Assembly: GCA_035530075.1 (NCBI GenBank) | Contig: DATKVM010000005.1 | Location: 231,006-295,005, forward strand | Origin: Patescibacteria group bacterium | GTDB lineage: Bacteria > Patescibacteriota > Microgenomatia > UM-FILTER-40-11 | Direction of reading: 5' to 3' | DNA: 64,000 bases | In this document: in pieces, positions 1 through 8,685 of the stretch | How the letters are laid out: every line of letters begins with the position of its first letter | How positions within the stretch are numbered: position 1 is the stretch's first letter | The notes under the pieces: model-generated | Databases searched by the model: none | What the model saw: the letters and a program-made list of their open reading frames with translations, nothing else | What the model was told of the DNA's origin: nothing | Translations under genes and position numbers: made by a program

Positions 1-131
1 AGGCGGGCGGTTTTGCCACTTCTGTCGGCGATGTCCCTCCGGCCGATGACCCGGCTTCGCGGCCGGATTATAATCCGGGTTTTTCCCCGGCCTTTGCCGC
101 TTTTTCCTTTGGGGCGCCCCACCGGAAAGGG

Positions 132-1070
132 ATGAGCCAATATGGCGCTTACGGCCGGGCCAAATCGGGGCAGTCGGCCGAAGAAATTCTTAAGGCTTAT
201 TACGGTGGGGGAATCGAAATTAAAAAAGACTACTCAACGAGTATTAATATCCGGGTTCAAGGTTATGGCACGGTTGATATTGAAACTTATGTGAAACGAA
301 TTTATGAAATGCCTGGTTCCTGGGGAGATAGTGGTGGCTTTGAAGCCTTAAAAGCTCAGGCAGTGGCGGCCCGCTCTTACGCTCTGGCTTATACCAATAA
401 CGGCGCTGGCTCAATTTGCGCTACCGAAAGTTGTCAGGTTTACAAACCGGCCAATAAAGGCGGCAAATGGGACGAAGCCGTTAATGCTACGCGCGGTTGG
501 GTGCTTATTGCCGGCGGCAAGCCCTTTTCTGCTTGGTATGCCTCGACAGCTGGTGGTTACACCTTTTCTTACAGTCACAATGGCCATAGTACTCCCGGTT
601 TGTGGGATACGCCTAACGGCAGAAATGGCTGGACCAGTGAGGCTTATGAAAAGACAGCTGGCTCCCCCTGGTTTTACAAGGCCTGGTACCGAACCCGCTC
701 AGGCGACTCCTACGGCCGCTCTCATCCTTGGCTGAACGAGGAGGAATTTTGTGACATTCTCAACGCCATTTTAATTTACAAAAATGATTCGGGGGCGAAA
801 ACTCATCTTTCGCCGATTGATGCTAATATTCCGGAAACTTGGAGTATGAGTCAAGTGAGAGAAGAGGCAGCCAAACGCGGCGGACCGATTACCAGCGTGT
901 CCAGCCTAGAAGTCATTTATTCCAACGATGGCTATACGGCCAAAGTGATTTTCCAAACCAACAAGAGCAAACAAGAGTTTACGGGGGAAGAGTTTAAGGC
1001 TATTTTTAACCTGCGCACGCCCGGAGCGATCGGCATTAAATCCAGCCTTTTTAATTTGATGAGAAAATAA
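132..1070 (+). CDS. SpoIID/LytB-domain protein; may continue upstream, since the frame is open back to the window edge
   Basis: 312-aa ORF. The segment 'GWVLIAGGKPFSAWYASTAGGYTFS' and its overall composition resemble SpoIID/LytB amidase-enhancer domains. There is no in-frame stop between position 3 and the ATG at 132. Confidence 0.55.
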   Translation: MSQYGAYGRAKSGQSAEEILKAYYGGGIEIKKDYSTSINIRVQGYGTVDIETYVKRIYEMPGSWGDSGGFEALKAQAVAARSYALAYTNNGAGSICATESCQVYKPANKGGKWDEAVNATRGWVLIAGGKPFSAWYASTAGGYTFSYSHNGHSTPGLWDTPNGRNGWTSEAYEKTAGSPWFYKAWYRTRSGDSYGRSHPWLNEEEFCDILNAILIYKNDSGAKTHLSPIDANIPETWSMSQVREEAAKRGGPITSVSSLEVIYSNDGYTAKVIFQTNKSKQEFTGEEFKAIFNLRTPGAIGIKSSLFNLMRK

Positions 1071-1080
1071 GCTATAATTA
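1071..1080 (+). promoter_or_regulatory. -10-like box 'gcTATAATta' upstream of the 1116 gene
   Basis: The same gcTATAATt motif recurs just upstream of tRNA-Ser(GCU) (5566-5575) and tRNA-Arg(GCG) (8123-8132). Confidence 0.3.
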
Positions 1081-1115
1081 AGGGTGTAAGAGCAGGGGAA
1101 GGGAGTTATCTAAGA

Positions 1116-1775
1116 ATGTCTGAGCTTTATTCTGCTAAGTCTGCTACCAGAACCGAAAAAGCCGAACCGGCCGAAAAGCCAAATAAAAAGCGCGACTTTT
1201 TACCCGACCATCAGGGTAGTTCCCTTTCTTCCCTTTGGGTTCTTCCCAGTAAGGCTGTTCGTTTTGAGACCCAAGAGCCGGAAGAAGAGATATTGATGAT
1301 TTTAAGGGCTCACTGGGTGACCAATATCCTTTGGTTTCTGTTGGCAACAATTTTGTTTTTTGCCCCCTTTTTGCTTCGCTTTTTCCCTCTTTTAGATTCC
1401 TTCCCCGTCCGTTTTCAGTTAATGTTTGTGGTTGTTTGGTATATGGTTTTGGCGATGTACGTTTTTGAGCGCTTCTTGTCTTGGTTTTTTAACCTCACCC
1501 TCATTACTGACGAGCGGATTATTGATGTTGATTTTTTGAATTTAACGACGAAGAAAGTTTCCGACGCTGATATTGATAAAATTCAGGATGTTAGTTTTAC
1601 TAACGCCGGCGCGGTGGGGGCAATTTTTAATTACGGCGATGTTTTAGTCCAAACGGCGGCGGAAATTGTTGAATTTATTTTTGAAAAGGTTCCTAACCCG
1701 GCCGGAGTGGCTAATGTTCTTCAACGATTAAGAACTGAAGAAAAAATCGAGGCCATTGAAGGCCGAGTAAGGTAG
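1116..1775 (+). CDS. Membrane protein with a C-terminal bacterial PH-like (YdbT-like) domain; hypothetical
   Basis: 219-aa ORF with predicted TM helices ('ILWFLLATILFFAPFLL', 'MFVVVWYMVLAMYVF') followed by a soluble domain. Function unknown. Confidence 0.4.
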   Translation: MSELYSAKSATRTEKAEPAEKPNKKRDFLPDHQGSSLSSLWVLPSKAVRFETQEPEEEILMILRAHWVTNILWFLLATILFFAPFLLRFFPLLDSFPVRFQLMFVVVWYMVLAMYVFERFLSWFFNLTLITDERIIDVDFLNLTTKKVSDADIDKIQDVSFTNAGAVGAIFNYGDVLVQTAAEIVEFIFEKVPNPAGVANVLQRLRTEEKIEAIEGRVR

Positions 1776-1800
1776 CCAGGCTAATAGAAAGAAGCAGATA

Positions 1801-2031
1801 ATGGAAGAGTTTATTCATCAGCTTTTGCATTTTAATTTTTGGAGTTTCGGCAAGTTCTTTATTCTCGTGGGTTTAGGAGTTTACTTGGTGTTCTCCTTTG
1901 TGGTTGTTCGCCAAGTGAAACTGATGACCCAGGTTGTTTCGGGGATTCTCACTAATTCTTTGCGAGTCGTGGCCTGGCTCTTATTTTTGTTTTCGATAAT
2001 TGTTTTTATTTTTACCCTGCTATTTTTCTAG
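1801..2031 (+). CDS. Small two-TM membrane protein (hypothetical)
   Basis: 76-aa hydrophobic ORF lying between two same-strand genes. Confidence 0.3.
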   Translation: MEEFIHQLLHFNFWSFGKFFILVGLGVYLVFSFVVVRQVKLMTQVVSGILTNSLRVVAWLLFLFSIIVFIFTLLFF

Positions 2032-2037
2032 TCCTAA

Positions 2038-3924
2038 ATGAAGCCGACTTTTACCCTTCAAATTGCCAAGATAGTTGGCACTCCCAGCGATGGCTTTTGG
2101 TCCCAAGTTCATACCTTTTCTCCGGAAGAGGAGGGAAAAAAAGAAAAGCGGGGCGATTTGCTGACGGTTCTCGTGATTACGGGGGTGCCGGCCGGAGTGG
2201 AATCAGTCGCTGCGGGCCGGGAAATTTTAAGCCGGCTTCATCAGGAATACTACGAAAACCTTTCTGGAAGCGCTTTCGAAAGATTATCGACGGCGGTCAA
2301 AAGATTGGGAGAAGAAAACGAAAATTTGGAATTAATTGCCGCTGTCCTTTTGAACCAAGCCCTTTATTTGACGATTTATGGCGATGGCCGGATTTTCCTT
2401 AAACGAGGAGAAAAGGCGGGGATTCTTTTAAAAGGCGACGGTGGGTTAAAAACGGCCAGTGGTCTCTTGGAAGCAAACGACCTTTTGGTTCTTGGTTCTC
2501 AGCGGTTTTTTGAGGCAGTTGGTGACGGCGTCCTTAAAGCCAGTCTCGAAAGCGGTTCTGCCACGGAAGCGGTAGAAACTTTGGCCCCAATAGTTTTGGG
2601 GCGCAGCGATATGTCAGCCGCGGCGGCCATATTAGCTTGCGCTCGGAAGGAGGAGGAATTGTCAATTCAGCCGGTTATGCCTGAAGAAGAAAAGTCAGTG
2701 GCCTCGCCAGTTCCGGTTAAAGAAGGAAAAAGTGTCTTGGCTTTACCTCTAAAAGAGAAGTTTTTAGGCTCGTTGCGCCTTAAGTTTCTTCACCGCCGAC
2801 GCTCGTCAATATTTGTCCGCTCAGCGGCCGCGGAAAGGAAAAAACGCCTTTATTTTCTGATCTCGCTTGTTCTCTTGTTCCTTTTAGGCACGAGTTTAAT
2901 TTTGGGGGTGCACCGGAAAGCCGAAACCGACAAACGGGCGCAAGCGGGTCAACTGGTCAAACAAGCAGAAGAAAAACTGAATCAAGGAAAAACTCTTTTT
3001 GCTAGCCAACCTTCGGAGGGAAGAGTTCTGGGTGAAGAGGCGCAACGGTTGACAGAAGAAGCGTTGACTTTAAGCCCTGAGGGTAATGAAGAGGCGACCT
3101 TTCTTAAAGAAGAAGTGAAAAAGTTTTTGTCTTCCTTGGGTCGGGAAGTTGCTTTAGCTGAGCCGGCGGTTTTTATGGACCTAAACATTATTGATGATGA
3201 GGCCAGTGGGGTGGCTTTGGGCCTGGCGGAGGAAAACTTAGTTGTTCTAGATAAGACTAAAAAGAAAATTTATCTTTTGAGCGTGGAAAAAAGGTCTCAG
3301 ACGGTGATTGATTTGGCGGGCGAGCAGGGAAATTTGCTGGTGGCGGTCGATAAAAAGGCCTTTGTTCTGGCCGAAGATGGGATATATGCCGTTAATCTTC
3401 TCCAAAAATCCGCCAGCCTCAAGGTTGAGAAAGACGAGGCTTGGCAGGAAATCGTTGGCTTGGGTACCTTTGTCGGCAACCTTTATCTTTTGGACAAAGG
3501 CGCCGGTAATATTTGGCGCTATTTGGCGACCGATGAAGGTTTTGGGGTTCGGAAAAGTTGGTTTTTAGGCGCCCCGCCTGACCTTTCTCAAAGCGTTTCG
3601 TTGGCGGTTGATGGGGTCATTTGGGTGCTTAAAAAAGAGGGGATTAGCAAGTTTAACTTAGGTAAAGAAGAAAATTTTGTCTTAAACCGGATGCCGGAAA
3701 GCTTTTTGGACCCGGCTAAAATCTTTACTTCGGCTGAGGCGGAAAATCTTTACGTTTTGGATAAAGGGAGAGGGAAGATTTACGTCATTGCCAAAAACGG
3801 CGATTTTAAGGCCGCCTATGCTTGGGACGGCTTTAAAAACGCTCAAGATTTAGTGGCAGTTGAGAGTTTGAAGAAACTTTTTGTTCTCTCGGGAACGAAA
3901 ATTTACACCATAGACCTAAAATGA
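2038..3924 (+). CDS. Large hypothetical protein with a central TM segment; the N-terminal region is weakly PP2C/SpoIIE-like
   Basis: 628-aa ORF with a TM segment 'LYFLISLVLLFLLGTSLILGV' mid-protein. Its stop codon (3922-3924) lies 2 nt from the tmRNA 3' end on the opposite strand. Confidence 0.5.
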   Translation: MKPTFTLQIAKIVGTPSDGFWSQVHTFSPEEEGKKEKRGDLLTVLVITGVPAGVESVAAGREILSRLHQEYYENLSGSAFERLSTAVKRLGEENENLELIAAVLLNQALYLTIYGDGRIFLKRGEKAGILLKGDGGLKTASGLLEANDLLVLGSQRFFEAVGDGVLKASLESGSATEAVETLAPIVLGRSDMSAAAAILACARKEEELSIQPVMPEEEKSVASPVPVKEGKSVLALPLKEKFLGSLRLKFLHRRRSSIFVRSAAAERKKRLYFLISLVLLFLLGTSLILGVHRKAETDKRAQAGQLVKQAEEKLNQGKTLFASQPSEGRVLGEEAQRLTEEALTLSPEGNEEATFLKEEVKKFLSSLGREVALAEPAVFMDLNIIDDEASGVALGLAEENLVVLDKTKKKIYLLSVEKRSQTVIDLAGEQGNLLVAVDKKAFVLAEDGIYAVNLLQKSASLKVEKDEAWQEIVGLGTFVGNLYLLDKGAGNIWRYLATDEGFGVRKSWFLGAPPDLSQSVSLAVDGVIWVLKKEGISKFNLGKEENFVLNRMPESFLDPAKIFTSAEAENLYVLDKGRGKIYVIAKNGDFKAAYAWDGFKNAQDLVAVESLKKLFVLSGTKIYTIDLK

Positions 3925-3925
3925 T

Positions 3926-4301
3926 TGGTGGAGATGTCCGGAATTGAACCGGAGTCCGAAAAATACTTCTTAAAACTTCTACAAGCTTAGGCTGACTTTA
4001 AATCCTTCAACCTGTTCCGTCAGCCAGGAAGGTTGAAGGCCGCCAAACTTGGGCTTGAGTATTAGGAGTTTGGCAACCCTAACACCGGCGTCTTGTCTTT
4101 GTTCACACCTTTAAGCTTCCGACAAGCAAGAAACCTTAAAGATGCCTGTTACGCTAAAGAAGCGTAGTTAAACGCAAAATTAACGTCAGGGGAAGCGTAT
4201 GTATCATTAGCTTCTATTTTTTTTGACCCTGTTTTACTTCTCTTAGTCAAAGAAGGCTTGCTGTTTTAAAAGAGCCTTTTCCGTCGAGACCAGTCATCCC
4301 C
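3926..4301 (-). ncRNA. ssrA: tmRNA (ssrA)
   Basis: The minus strand reads 5'-GGGGATGACTGGTCTCGACGG...GGTTCAATTCCGGACATCTCCACCA-3'. This gives a tRNA-Ala-like acceptor (GGGGATG / CATCTCC+ACCA) and a T-arm GGTTCAATTCC. The partner gene smpB is directly adjacent. An internal reading frame (complement of 4149-4211) would encode the tag ANDTYASPDVNFAFNYASLA followed by a stop. Confidence 0.8.
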
Positions 4302-4381
4302 TTAAATGTCCCTACTTCTTTCCCCTGGGTTCGGTTGTTACCGCGCGTAATTTACGATTTTGGCGGCTGGTTGTCAAGCCC

Positions 4382-4819
4382 CTAATGCGAGGCTAGTTCC
4401 AACTCCGCTTCGCGGGCCAAATCTCGCCGGCGGAGAGCTTCCTTTTTCTCCCACTGTTTCCGAGGCTTTGCCAAGGCTATTTCCAGCTTGATTTGGATGC
4501 CCCGATTATACCAAGAAAGAGGCACCAAAATCAACTTTTTTTGCTTCATCTTGCTGGTCAAAGCCAGCAATTCCCGACGGTGTAAAAGGAGCTTTCGGGT
4601 CCGCTTGGGGTCAATTTTGCGGCTGTCAGCATAGGCGTAAGGGTGAATGTGAGCGTTGAGCAAAAACGCCTCCCCCCCGACGAACTTAATATAGGCTTCA
4701 TCCAAGGAAGCCTGGCCGACAAAAAGTGATTTCACTTCCGGACCAGTTAAGACCACGCCTGCTTCAAACCTATCGAAAACCTCATAGTTTAAACCGGCCT
4801 TTCGGTTAATAATCTTCAT
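4382..4819 (-). CDS. smpB: SsrA-binding protein SmpB
   Basis: 145-aa ORF with typical SmpB length and sequence ('GPEVKSLFVGQASLDEAYIKF...LLLHRRELLALTSKMKQKKLILVPLSWY'), adjacent to the tmRNA. Confidence 0.9.
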   Translation of the reverse strand: MKIINRKAGLNYEVFDRFEAGVVLTGPEVKSLFVGQASLDEAYIKFVGGEAFLLNAHIHPYAYADSRKIDPKRTRKLLLHRRELLALTSKMKQKKLILVPLSWYNRGIQIKLEIALAKPRKQWEKKEALRRRDLAREAELELASH

Positions 4820-4855
4820 ACGCCTATTTTATCACTCCAGTGTTAAACTAAGGCA

Positions 4856-5548
4856 GTGACTTTCTTGGACGCTTTTTTCCCTCGACGCTGTCTTGGCTGC
4901 GGCCAGACCGGAGGCTATTTTTGCCCTTCTTGCTTACCCAAGATAAAGAGAGTGACCCAAATTTGCCCGGTTTGCGAGCGGCCTTCGCCTTTTGGCCAAA
5001 CCCATCCCCGCTGTTATTCCCGCCCTTCCTTAACGGGCTTAATTTCTTTCTTTGTTTATGAGGGGATAATTAGAAAAGCTATTCATCGGTTGAAATACCG
5101 GCAGGTGACCGATTTACTTGAGGAGCTTTGGCAGATAGTAACCCAAGAACTAGGAGGAAGGGCGGAGGAGCTTAGCGGCTTTCATCAATTTCTTAAAGAA
5201 AAACCCGCCGTTATTCCCGTTCCGCTTTTTTGGTACAAGGAAAATTTACGTGGTTTTAACCAGTCTAGCCTAATAGGGGAAAGACTGGCAGAAAGGTGTA
5301 ATTTAACCTTTTTGAGCAACTTTCTTATTCGCCAAAAGATGACTTCTACCCAGACCAAACTTAACCCGAAAGAACGACAAAAGAATGTTGGCAACGCTTT
5401 TATCATCAACCCCGACTACTCACTACCGATTGCTGACTGCATATTGATAGATGATGTCTGGACGACCGGGGCTACTCTAAAGACCGCTGGTAGTGTTTTG
5501 AAGAGGGCGGGGACAAAAAATGTTTGGGGGTTGACTTTGGCTCGGTAG
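4856..5548 (+). CDS. comF: ComF-family protein (double zinc ribbon plus phosphoribosyltransferase domain)
   Basis: An N-terminal CxxC...CxxC ribbon ('CLGCGQ...CPSC...CPVC') is followed by a C-terminal PRTase motif ('ILIDDVWTTGATL'). Confidence 0.75.
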   Translation: MTFLDAFFPRRCLGCGQTGGYFCPSCLPKIKRVTQICPVCERPSPFGQTHPRCYSRPSLTGLISFFVYEGIIRKAIHRLKYRQVTDLLEELWQIVTQELGGRAEELSGFHQFLKEKPAVIPVPLFWYKENLRGFNQSSLIGERLAERCNLTFLSNFLIRQKMTSTQTKLNPKERQKNVGNAFIINPDYSLPIADCILIDDVWTTGATLKTAGSVLKRAGTKNVWGLTLAR

Positions 5549-5584
5549 CAAACCCAGGCTAAATTCGCTATAATTAGAGCACAA

Positions 5585-5666
5585 GGAGAGTGGGCCGGGC
5601 GGCAAGGCACAAGTTTGCTAAACTTGCTTCCGAAAGGAAGGGTGGGTTCGACTCCCACACTCTCCG
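5585..5666 (+). tRNA. tRNA-Ser(GCU), type II with a long variable arm
   Basis: The cloverleaf can be drawn by hand. Acceptor GGAGAGT/ACTCTCC; anticodon stem CAAGT/ACTTG with loop TTGCTAA (anticodon GCT); variable hairpin CTTCCgaaaGGAAG; T-arm GTGGG-TTCGACT-CCCAC. Confidence 0.85.
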
Positions 5667-5669
5667 CAC

Positions 5670-5986
5670 GTGAATTTTAGCCAACTAAGATCTTTCTCCA
5701 AGCGGGAACACTCTCGCCTTTTGAATTTTTATAACTTCAAGAGGAGAGAACAATTAAAACATCTTGTTTGTCTAAAGATCGGAGAAGAGCTTGGGGAACT
5801 AATGGAAGAGGTATTGTCGCTGGAAAAGATTCAGAGAAAAGAGAAGCTTGAGGGTGGAAGAATAAGGTTGGCAACGAAATTGCGGATGTAATTTTAACGG
5901 CGATATTGCTGGCGGAAAATTTAGGAATTGATTTAGAGGAAGAATTAGAAAAAGGGGTTGCGAAAAGAAATAAAAGAAAATATTAA
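5670..5986 (+). pseudogene. MazG/YpjD-like nucleotide pyrophosphohydrolase split by a frameshift
   Basis: Frame A (5670-5891) carries the EExGE helix ('IGEELGELMEEV') and then stops. The next frame continues with 'VGNEIADVILTAILLAENLGIDLEEELEKGVAKRNKRKY*', the usual second half of MazG-like proteins. The frame switches near 5860-5870. Confidence 0.5.
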
Positions 5987-6005
5987 GGAGGAGAGTCAAG
6001 TTTTT

Positions 6006-6087
6006 GGAGGGTGGGCAGGACGGTAATGCGCTGGTCTTGAAAACCAGTGTCCGTAAGGACTAACAGGTTCGACTCCTGTACCCTCCG
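6006..6087 (+). tRNA. tRNA-Ser(UGA)
   Basis: Acceptor GGAGGGT/ACCCTCC; anticodon stem CTGGT/ACCAG with loop CTTGAAA (anticodon TGA); long variable arm; T-arm ACAGG-TTCGACT-CCTGT. Confidence 0.85.
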
Positions 6088-6088
6088 C

Positions 6089-6724
6089 ATGATCAAACTC
6101 TGCCCTCGATGCAGCCGTCAATTTAAGACAAGAGTAACAACGCAAAAATTTTGTTCTTCATTGGGCGCCAATCGCTTTAACAGAAATGGACTCAAGAAGG
6201 TTGACCTTCCCAACAAATCAGAAGAATTGGCCGAATTAGTGGGAATTATTTTAGGTGACGGAGACCTAAATAGATATCAACTGAGGATTACTCTCAATTC
6301 AATTGTGGACAAGGAATATCTCGTCGAAGTCGAGAATCTTTTAAAAAGGCTGTTCGGGGATATAAAGGTTTTCAAGATAAAAAGGCGGGGAGAAGGGTGC
6401 ACGGTAGTTGGGGTATCTTCAGTCGAGATTGTAAATTTCTTAAAAGGAATGAGCGTCGCTTCAAGAAAGCCAAAAGTTCCTGGTTGGATTTTTTTAAAAA
6501 GAGAATACGGGAATAATATTCTGTTGACTTTTGTGAGAGATGTTTTTAACAAATTGGGGTATAGTTCCACCCAGTCTTTAATAAAGAATTTATATTTGAG
6601 CAACGATCGGGAAATTGATAAATATAGAAAACTAGTTGGTTTTCGCAACCAAAAGCTAGAAAGAAAAAGTTTGATAAGAAATTATTCAGACTACTTAGTT
6701 CTTTACAATAAACGCCAGCAATAG
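6089..6724 (+). CDS. Free-standing LAGLIDADG homing endonuclease with an N-terminal zinc ribbon
   Basis: The motif 'LAELVGIILGDGDLN' is a canonical LAGLIDADG block. The N-terminus has 'CPRCSRQ' plus later Cys residues. The start codon sits 1 nt after the tRNA-Ser(UGA) 3' end. The upstream in-frame extension (6047) overlaps the tRNA and is rejected. Confidence 0.7.
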   Translation: MIKLCPRCSRQFKTRVTTQKFCSSLGANRFNRNGLKKVDLPNKSEELAELVGIILGDGDLNRYQLRITLNSIVDKEYLVEVENLLKRLFGDIKVFKIKRRGEGCTVVGVSSVEIVNFLKGMSVASRKPKVPGWIFLKREYGNNILLTFVRDVFNKLGYSSTQSLIKNLYLSNDREIDKYRKLVGFRNQKLERKSLIRNYSDYLVLYNKRQQ

Positions 6725-6778
6725 ATTATCAAGAACGCAGGTTAGAATCTCGCCCTCTCCGCCCTTCGACTTCGCTCA

Positions 6779-6837
6779 GGGCTATAGCCCTTTTTTGTCC
6801 AGGGCTTCAGCCCTTTTTCGCTCAGGGCTATAGCCTT
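6779..6837. terminator. Three tandem GC hairpins (GGGCTATAGCCC, GGGCTTCAGCCC, GGGCTATAGCC), each followed by a T-run
   Basis: Short palindromes with 3'-T tracts are visible directly. They lie between the LAGLIDADG gene and the methyltransferase gene. Confidence 0.4.
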
Positions 6838-6878
6838 TGCTTGCTTTCTTCCTCGGACGCCCCTTATCTTAAAGAGTA

Positions 6879-7484
6879 ATGAATTTTAGTCCTCAGGATA
6901 GAAAAAGAATTGGCGATTATTATCGGCAGCGTCTTGACCGCTATGGAGTTGATAGTGCCGAAGCTTTAAGCTGGTCCAGTCAGCAGGCTCAGCAGATTCG
7001 TTTCCAAGTCCTAACTCAAGTAGGGGATTTGCGCGGCAAGAGCATTTTGGACGTTGGTAGCGGGCTAGGGGATCTTTACGCTCTTTTACAAAAAACGGTC
7101 GGTGAATTTGATTATTTGGGGGTCGATTTGGTGCCGGATTTAGTGACGGTGGCCAGAGCCAAATATCCTCAAGCTCAGTTTGAGAATAGAGATATCCTTG
7201 ATTTTAATGACCGAAAATTCGACTACGTGCTCTCTTCTGGAGCAATGTCCTTCAAGGTTCCCCAGCATTTTGATAAATATTTCGCCATGATTAGAAAAAT
7301 GTTTTCTTTGGCTCGTTTAGGATTGGCCTTCAATATGCTCGACCAGCGGGGGCATATCGATAATGAGCTTTATGCTGCTTATAATCCGTCAGAAATTGAG
7401 GCTTTTTGTCGGACTCTGACGCCAAAAGTGAAGCTAATTACTCATTATTCTCCTCAAGATTTCACTCTCCTTTTGCATCCCTAA
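6879..7484 (+). CDS. Class I SAM-dependent methyltransferase
   Basis: Motif I 'ILDVGSGLGDL' plus acidic residue 'GVDLVPD'. 201 aa. Confidence 0.7.
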   Translation: MNFSPQDRKRIGDYYRQRLDRYGVDSAEALSWSSQQAQQIRFQVLTQVGDLRGKSILDVGSGLGDLYALLQKTVGEFDYLGVDLVPDLVTVARAKYPQAQFENRDILDFNDRKFDYVLSSGAMSFKVPQHFDKYFAMIRKMFSLARLGLAFNMLDQRGHIDNELYAAYNPSEIEAFCRTLTPKVKLITHYSPQDFTLLLHP

Positions 7485-7514
7485 AAAATTTCTTAATTTG
7501 CTTTTCTTTAAGGG

Positions 7515-8105
7515 GTGTTTTATTCTAAAAGTATGGTTGAGGAAGGCTTACCAGCGGCTTCTCCGATTGAGGTTATCCCCTCTAAGGAATTACGGATTTT
7601 ATACTCCTGGAACGCTCCTTCTCGTCCCTTTAAGAAACGGGATCGGGAATTTTGGGCAACGGTAGTGGCGATTGTTTTTTTAGTCGCCTTGATTTTGTTT
7701 TTTGTTAAAGAGTGGTTTTTAATTGCCGCGATTATTGCTCTGACTTTCGTTTATTATGTCCTCTCGACGGTTGAACCGGAAATGACCAGCTATAAATTGA
7801 CTAATCGTGGTTTGGTTTATGCCGGCGAAACTCATCCTTGGGAGAATATCAGTCAGTTTTGGCTAGCCGAGAAATACGGTCAGCGGGTGATTAACTTTGA
7901 ATTAAGAAGTGGCTTACTTGGTAGACTGACTTTATTGGTCGGGGAGGGAGAAGAAGCAGAAATCAGAGGGATTTTACTTAAATACTTGACCGAAGAGGAG
8001 GCTAAACCCAGTTTTTTAGATAGAGCGGCCGATTGGCTCCAAAAAAAGGTTCCCCTAGAGAGTGAAAAGAAAGAAGGTCTTCCTACTCCGCCTTCGGCTG
8101 CCTGA
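7515..8105 (+). CDS. Membrane protein (hypothetical)
   Basis: 196 aa with two adjacent TM helices ('WATVVAIVFLVALILFFV', 'FLIAAIIALTFVYYVL') and a soluble tail. Confidence 0.4.
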   Translation: MFYSKSMVEEGLPAASPIEVIPSKELRILYSWNAPSRPFKKRDREFWATVVAIVFLVALILFFVKEWFLIAAIIALTFVYYVLSTVEPEMTSYKLTNRGLVYAGETHPWENISQFWLAEKYGQRVINFELRSGLLGRLTLLVGEGEEAEIRGILLKYLTEEEAKPSFLDRAADWLQKKVPLESEKKEGLPTPPSAA

Positions 8106-8139
8106 ACTTTGAGGCTACTTTTTGCTATAATTAGGCCAC

Positions 8140-8216
8140 GCGCTCATAGTTTAACGGATAAAATGCCAGGTTGCGGACCTGGAGACTTGGAGGTTCGATT
8201 CCTCCTGGGCGCACCA
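8140..8216 (+). tRNA. tRNA-Arg(GCG), CCA encoded
   Basis: Acceptor GCGCTCA/TGGGCGC; D-stem GTTT/AAAT with loop AACGGATA; anticodon stem CCAGG/CCTGG with loop TTGCGGA (anticodon GCG); T-arm GGAGG-TTCGATT-CCTCC; 3' ACCA. Confidence 0.75.
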
Positions 8217-8399
8217 TTAGAAGTTAAAAGTCCAAAGTGCAGAGTTAAAAGTTAGAAAGAACGGGTTTCAGGTTCGGCAGGAAGCAAGAAGTTGGTAGAA
8301 GGGAATATAAATTAATCTTCGAGGCGAACCCAGCGAAGATCTCGAAGATTACCTTGAAGGAAGATTTTTGCAAAGAAACCCTCGGTTTCTTTGCTAGAT

Positions 8400-8484
8400 G
8401 GAAAGGTGCAGGAGTGGTTGAACTGGCCGCTCTCGAAAAGCGGTAGGGCGCAAGCTCTCGTGGGTTCGAATCCCACCCTTTCCG
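8400..8484 (+). tRNA. tRNA-Ser(CGA)
   Basis: Acceptor GGAAAGG/CCTTTCC; anticodon stem CCGCT/AGCGG with loop CTCGAAA (anticodon CGA); long variable arm; T-arm GTGGG-TTCGAAT-CCCAC. Confidence 0.85.
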
Positions 8485-8494
8485 CTCTGAGCTT

Positions 8495-8583
8495 GCGCCT
8501 GTAGTTTAACGGATAAGCATAGCTTGATGTTCGCAGGCTCACATTAAGCATAGCTTGATTCTCGCCAGCTAAGCTGGCTCAAA
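8495..8583 (+). repeat. tRNA-Arg 5'-fragment remnant plus two 15-bp direct repeats (TAAGCATAGCTTGAT)
   Basis: 8495-8516 'gcgcctgtagtttaacggataa' mirrors the 5' acceptor and D-arm of tRNA-Arg(GCG) ('gcgctcatagtttaacggataa'), but no matching 3' half follows. The sequence 'taagcatagcttgat' occurs at 8514-8528 and again at 8545-8559. A hairpin GCCAGCtaaGCTGGC sits at 8564-8578. Confidence 0.45.
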
Positions 8584-8611
8584 TTAAAGCGTCAGGTTCT
8601 CGCCCGCTTAT

Positions 8612-8683
8612 GCCTTTGTAGCTTAACGGATAGAGCGCCGGCCTCCGGAGCCGGAAATGCCAGTTCAATTCTGGCCAGAGGCA
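8612..8683 (+). tRNA. tRNA-Arg(CCG)
   Basis: Acceptor GCCTTTG/CAGAGGC; D-stem GCTT/GAGC with loop AACGGATA; anticodon stem CCGGC/GCCGG with loop CTCCGGA (anticodon CCG); T-arm GCCAG-TTCAATT-CTGGC. No encoded CCA. Confidence 0.8.
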
Positions 8684-8685
8684 CT

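Noticed and set aside
484-735. Internal ORFs such as 484-735, 2097-2402, 3308-3568, 14274-14759, 11922-12174 and 12409-12714
   Set aside because: They sit in alternative frames or antisense within well-supported longer genes (SpoIID-like, the 628-aa protein, arsM, rpoD) and give low-complexity translations.
6047-6088. Upstream extension of the LAGLIDADG ORF starting at 6047
   Set aside because: It would overlap the last 41 nt of tRNA-Ser(UGA). The internal Met at 6089 directly precedes the zinc-ribbon motif.
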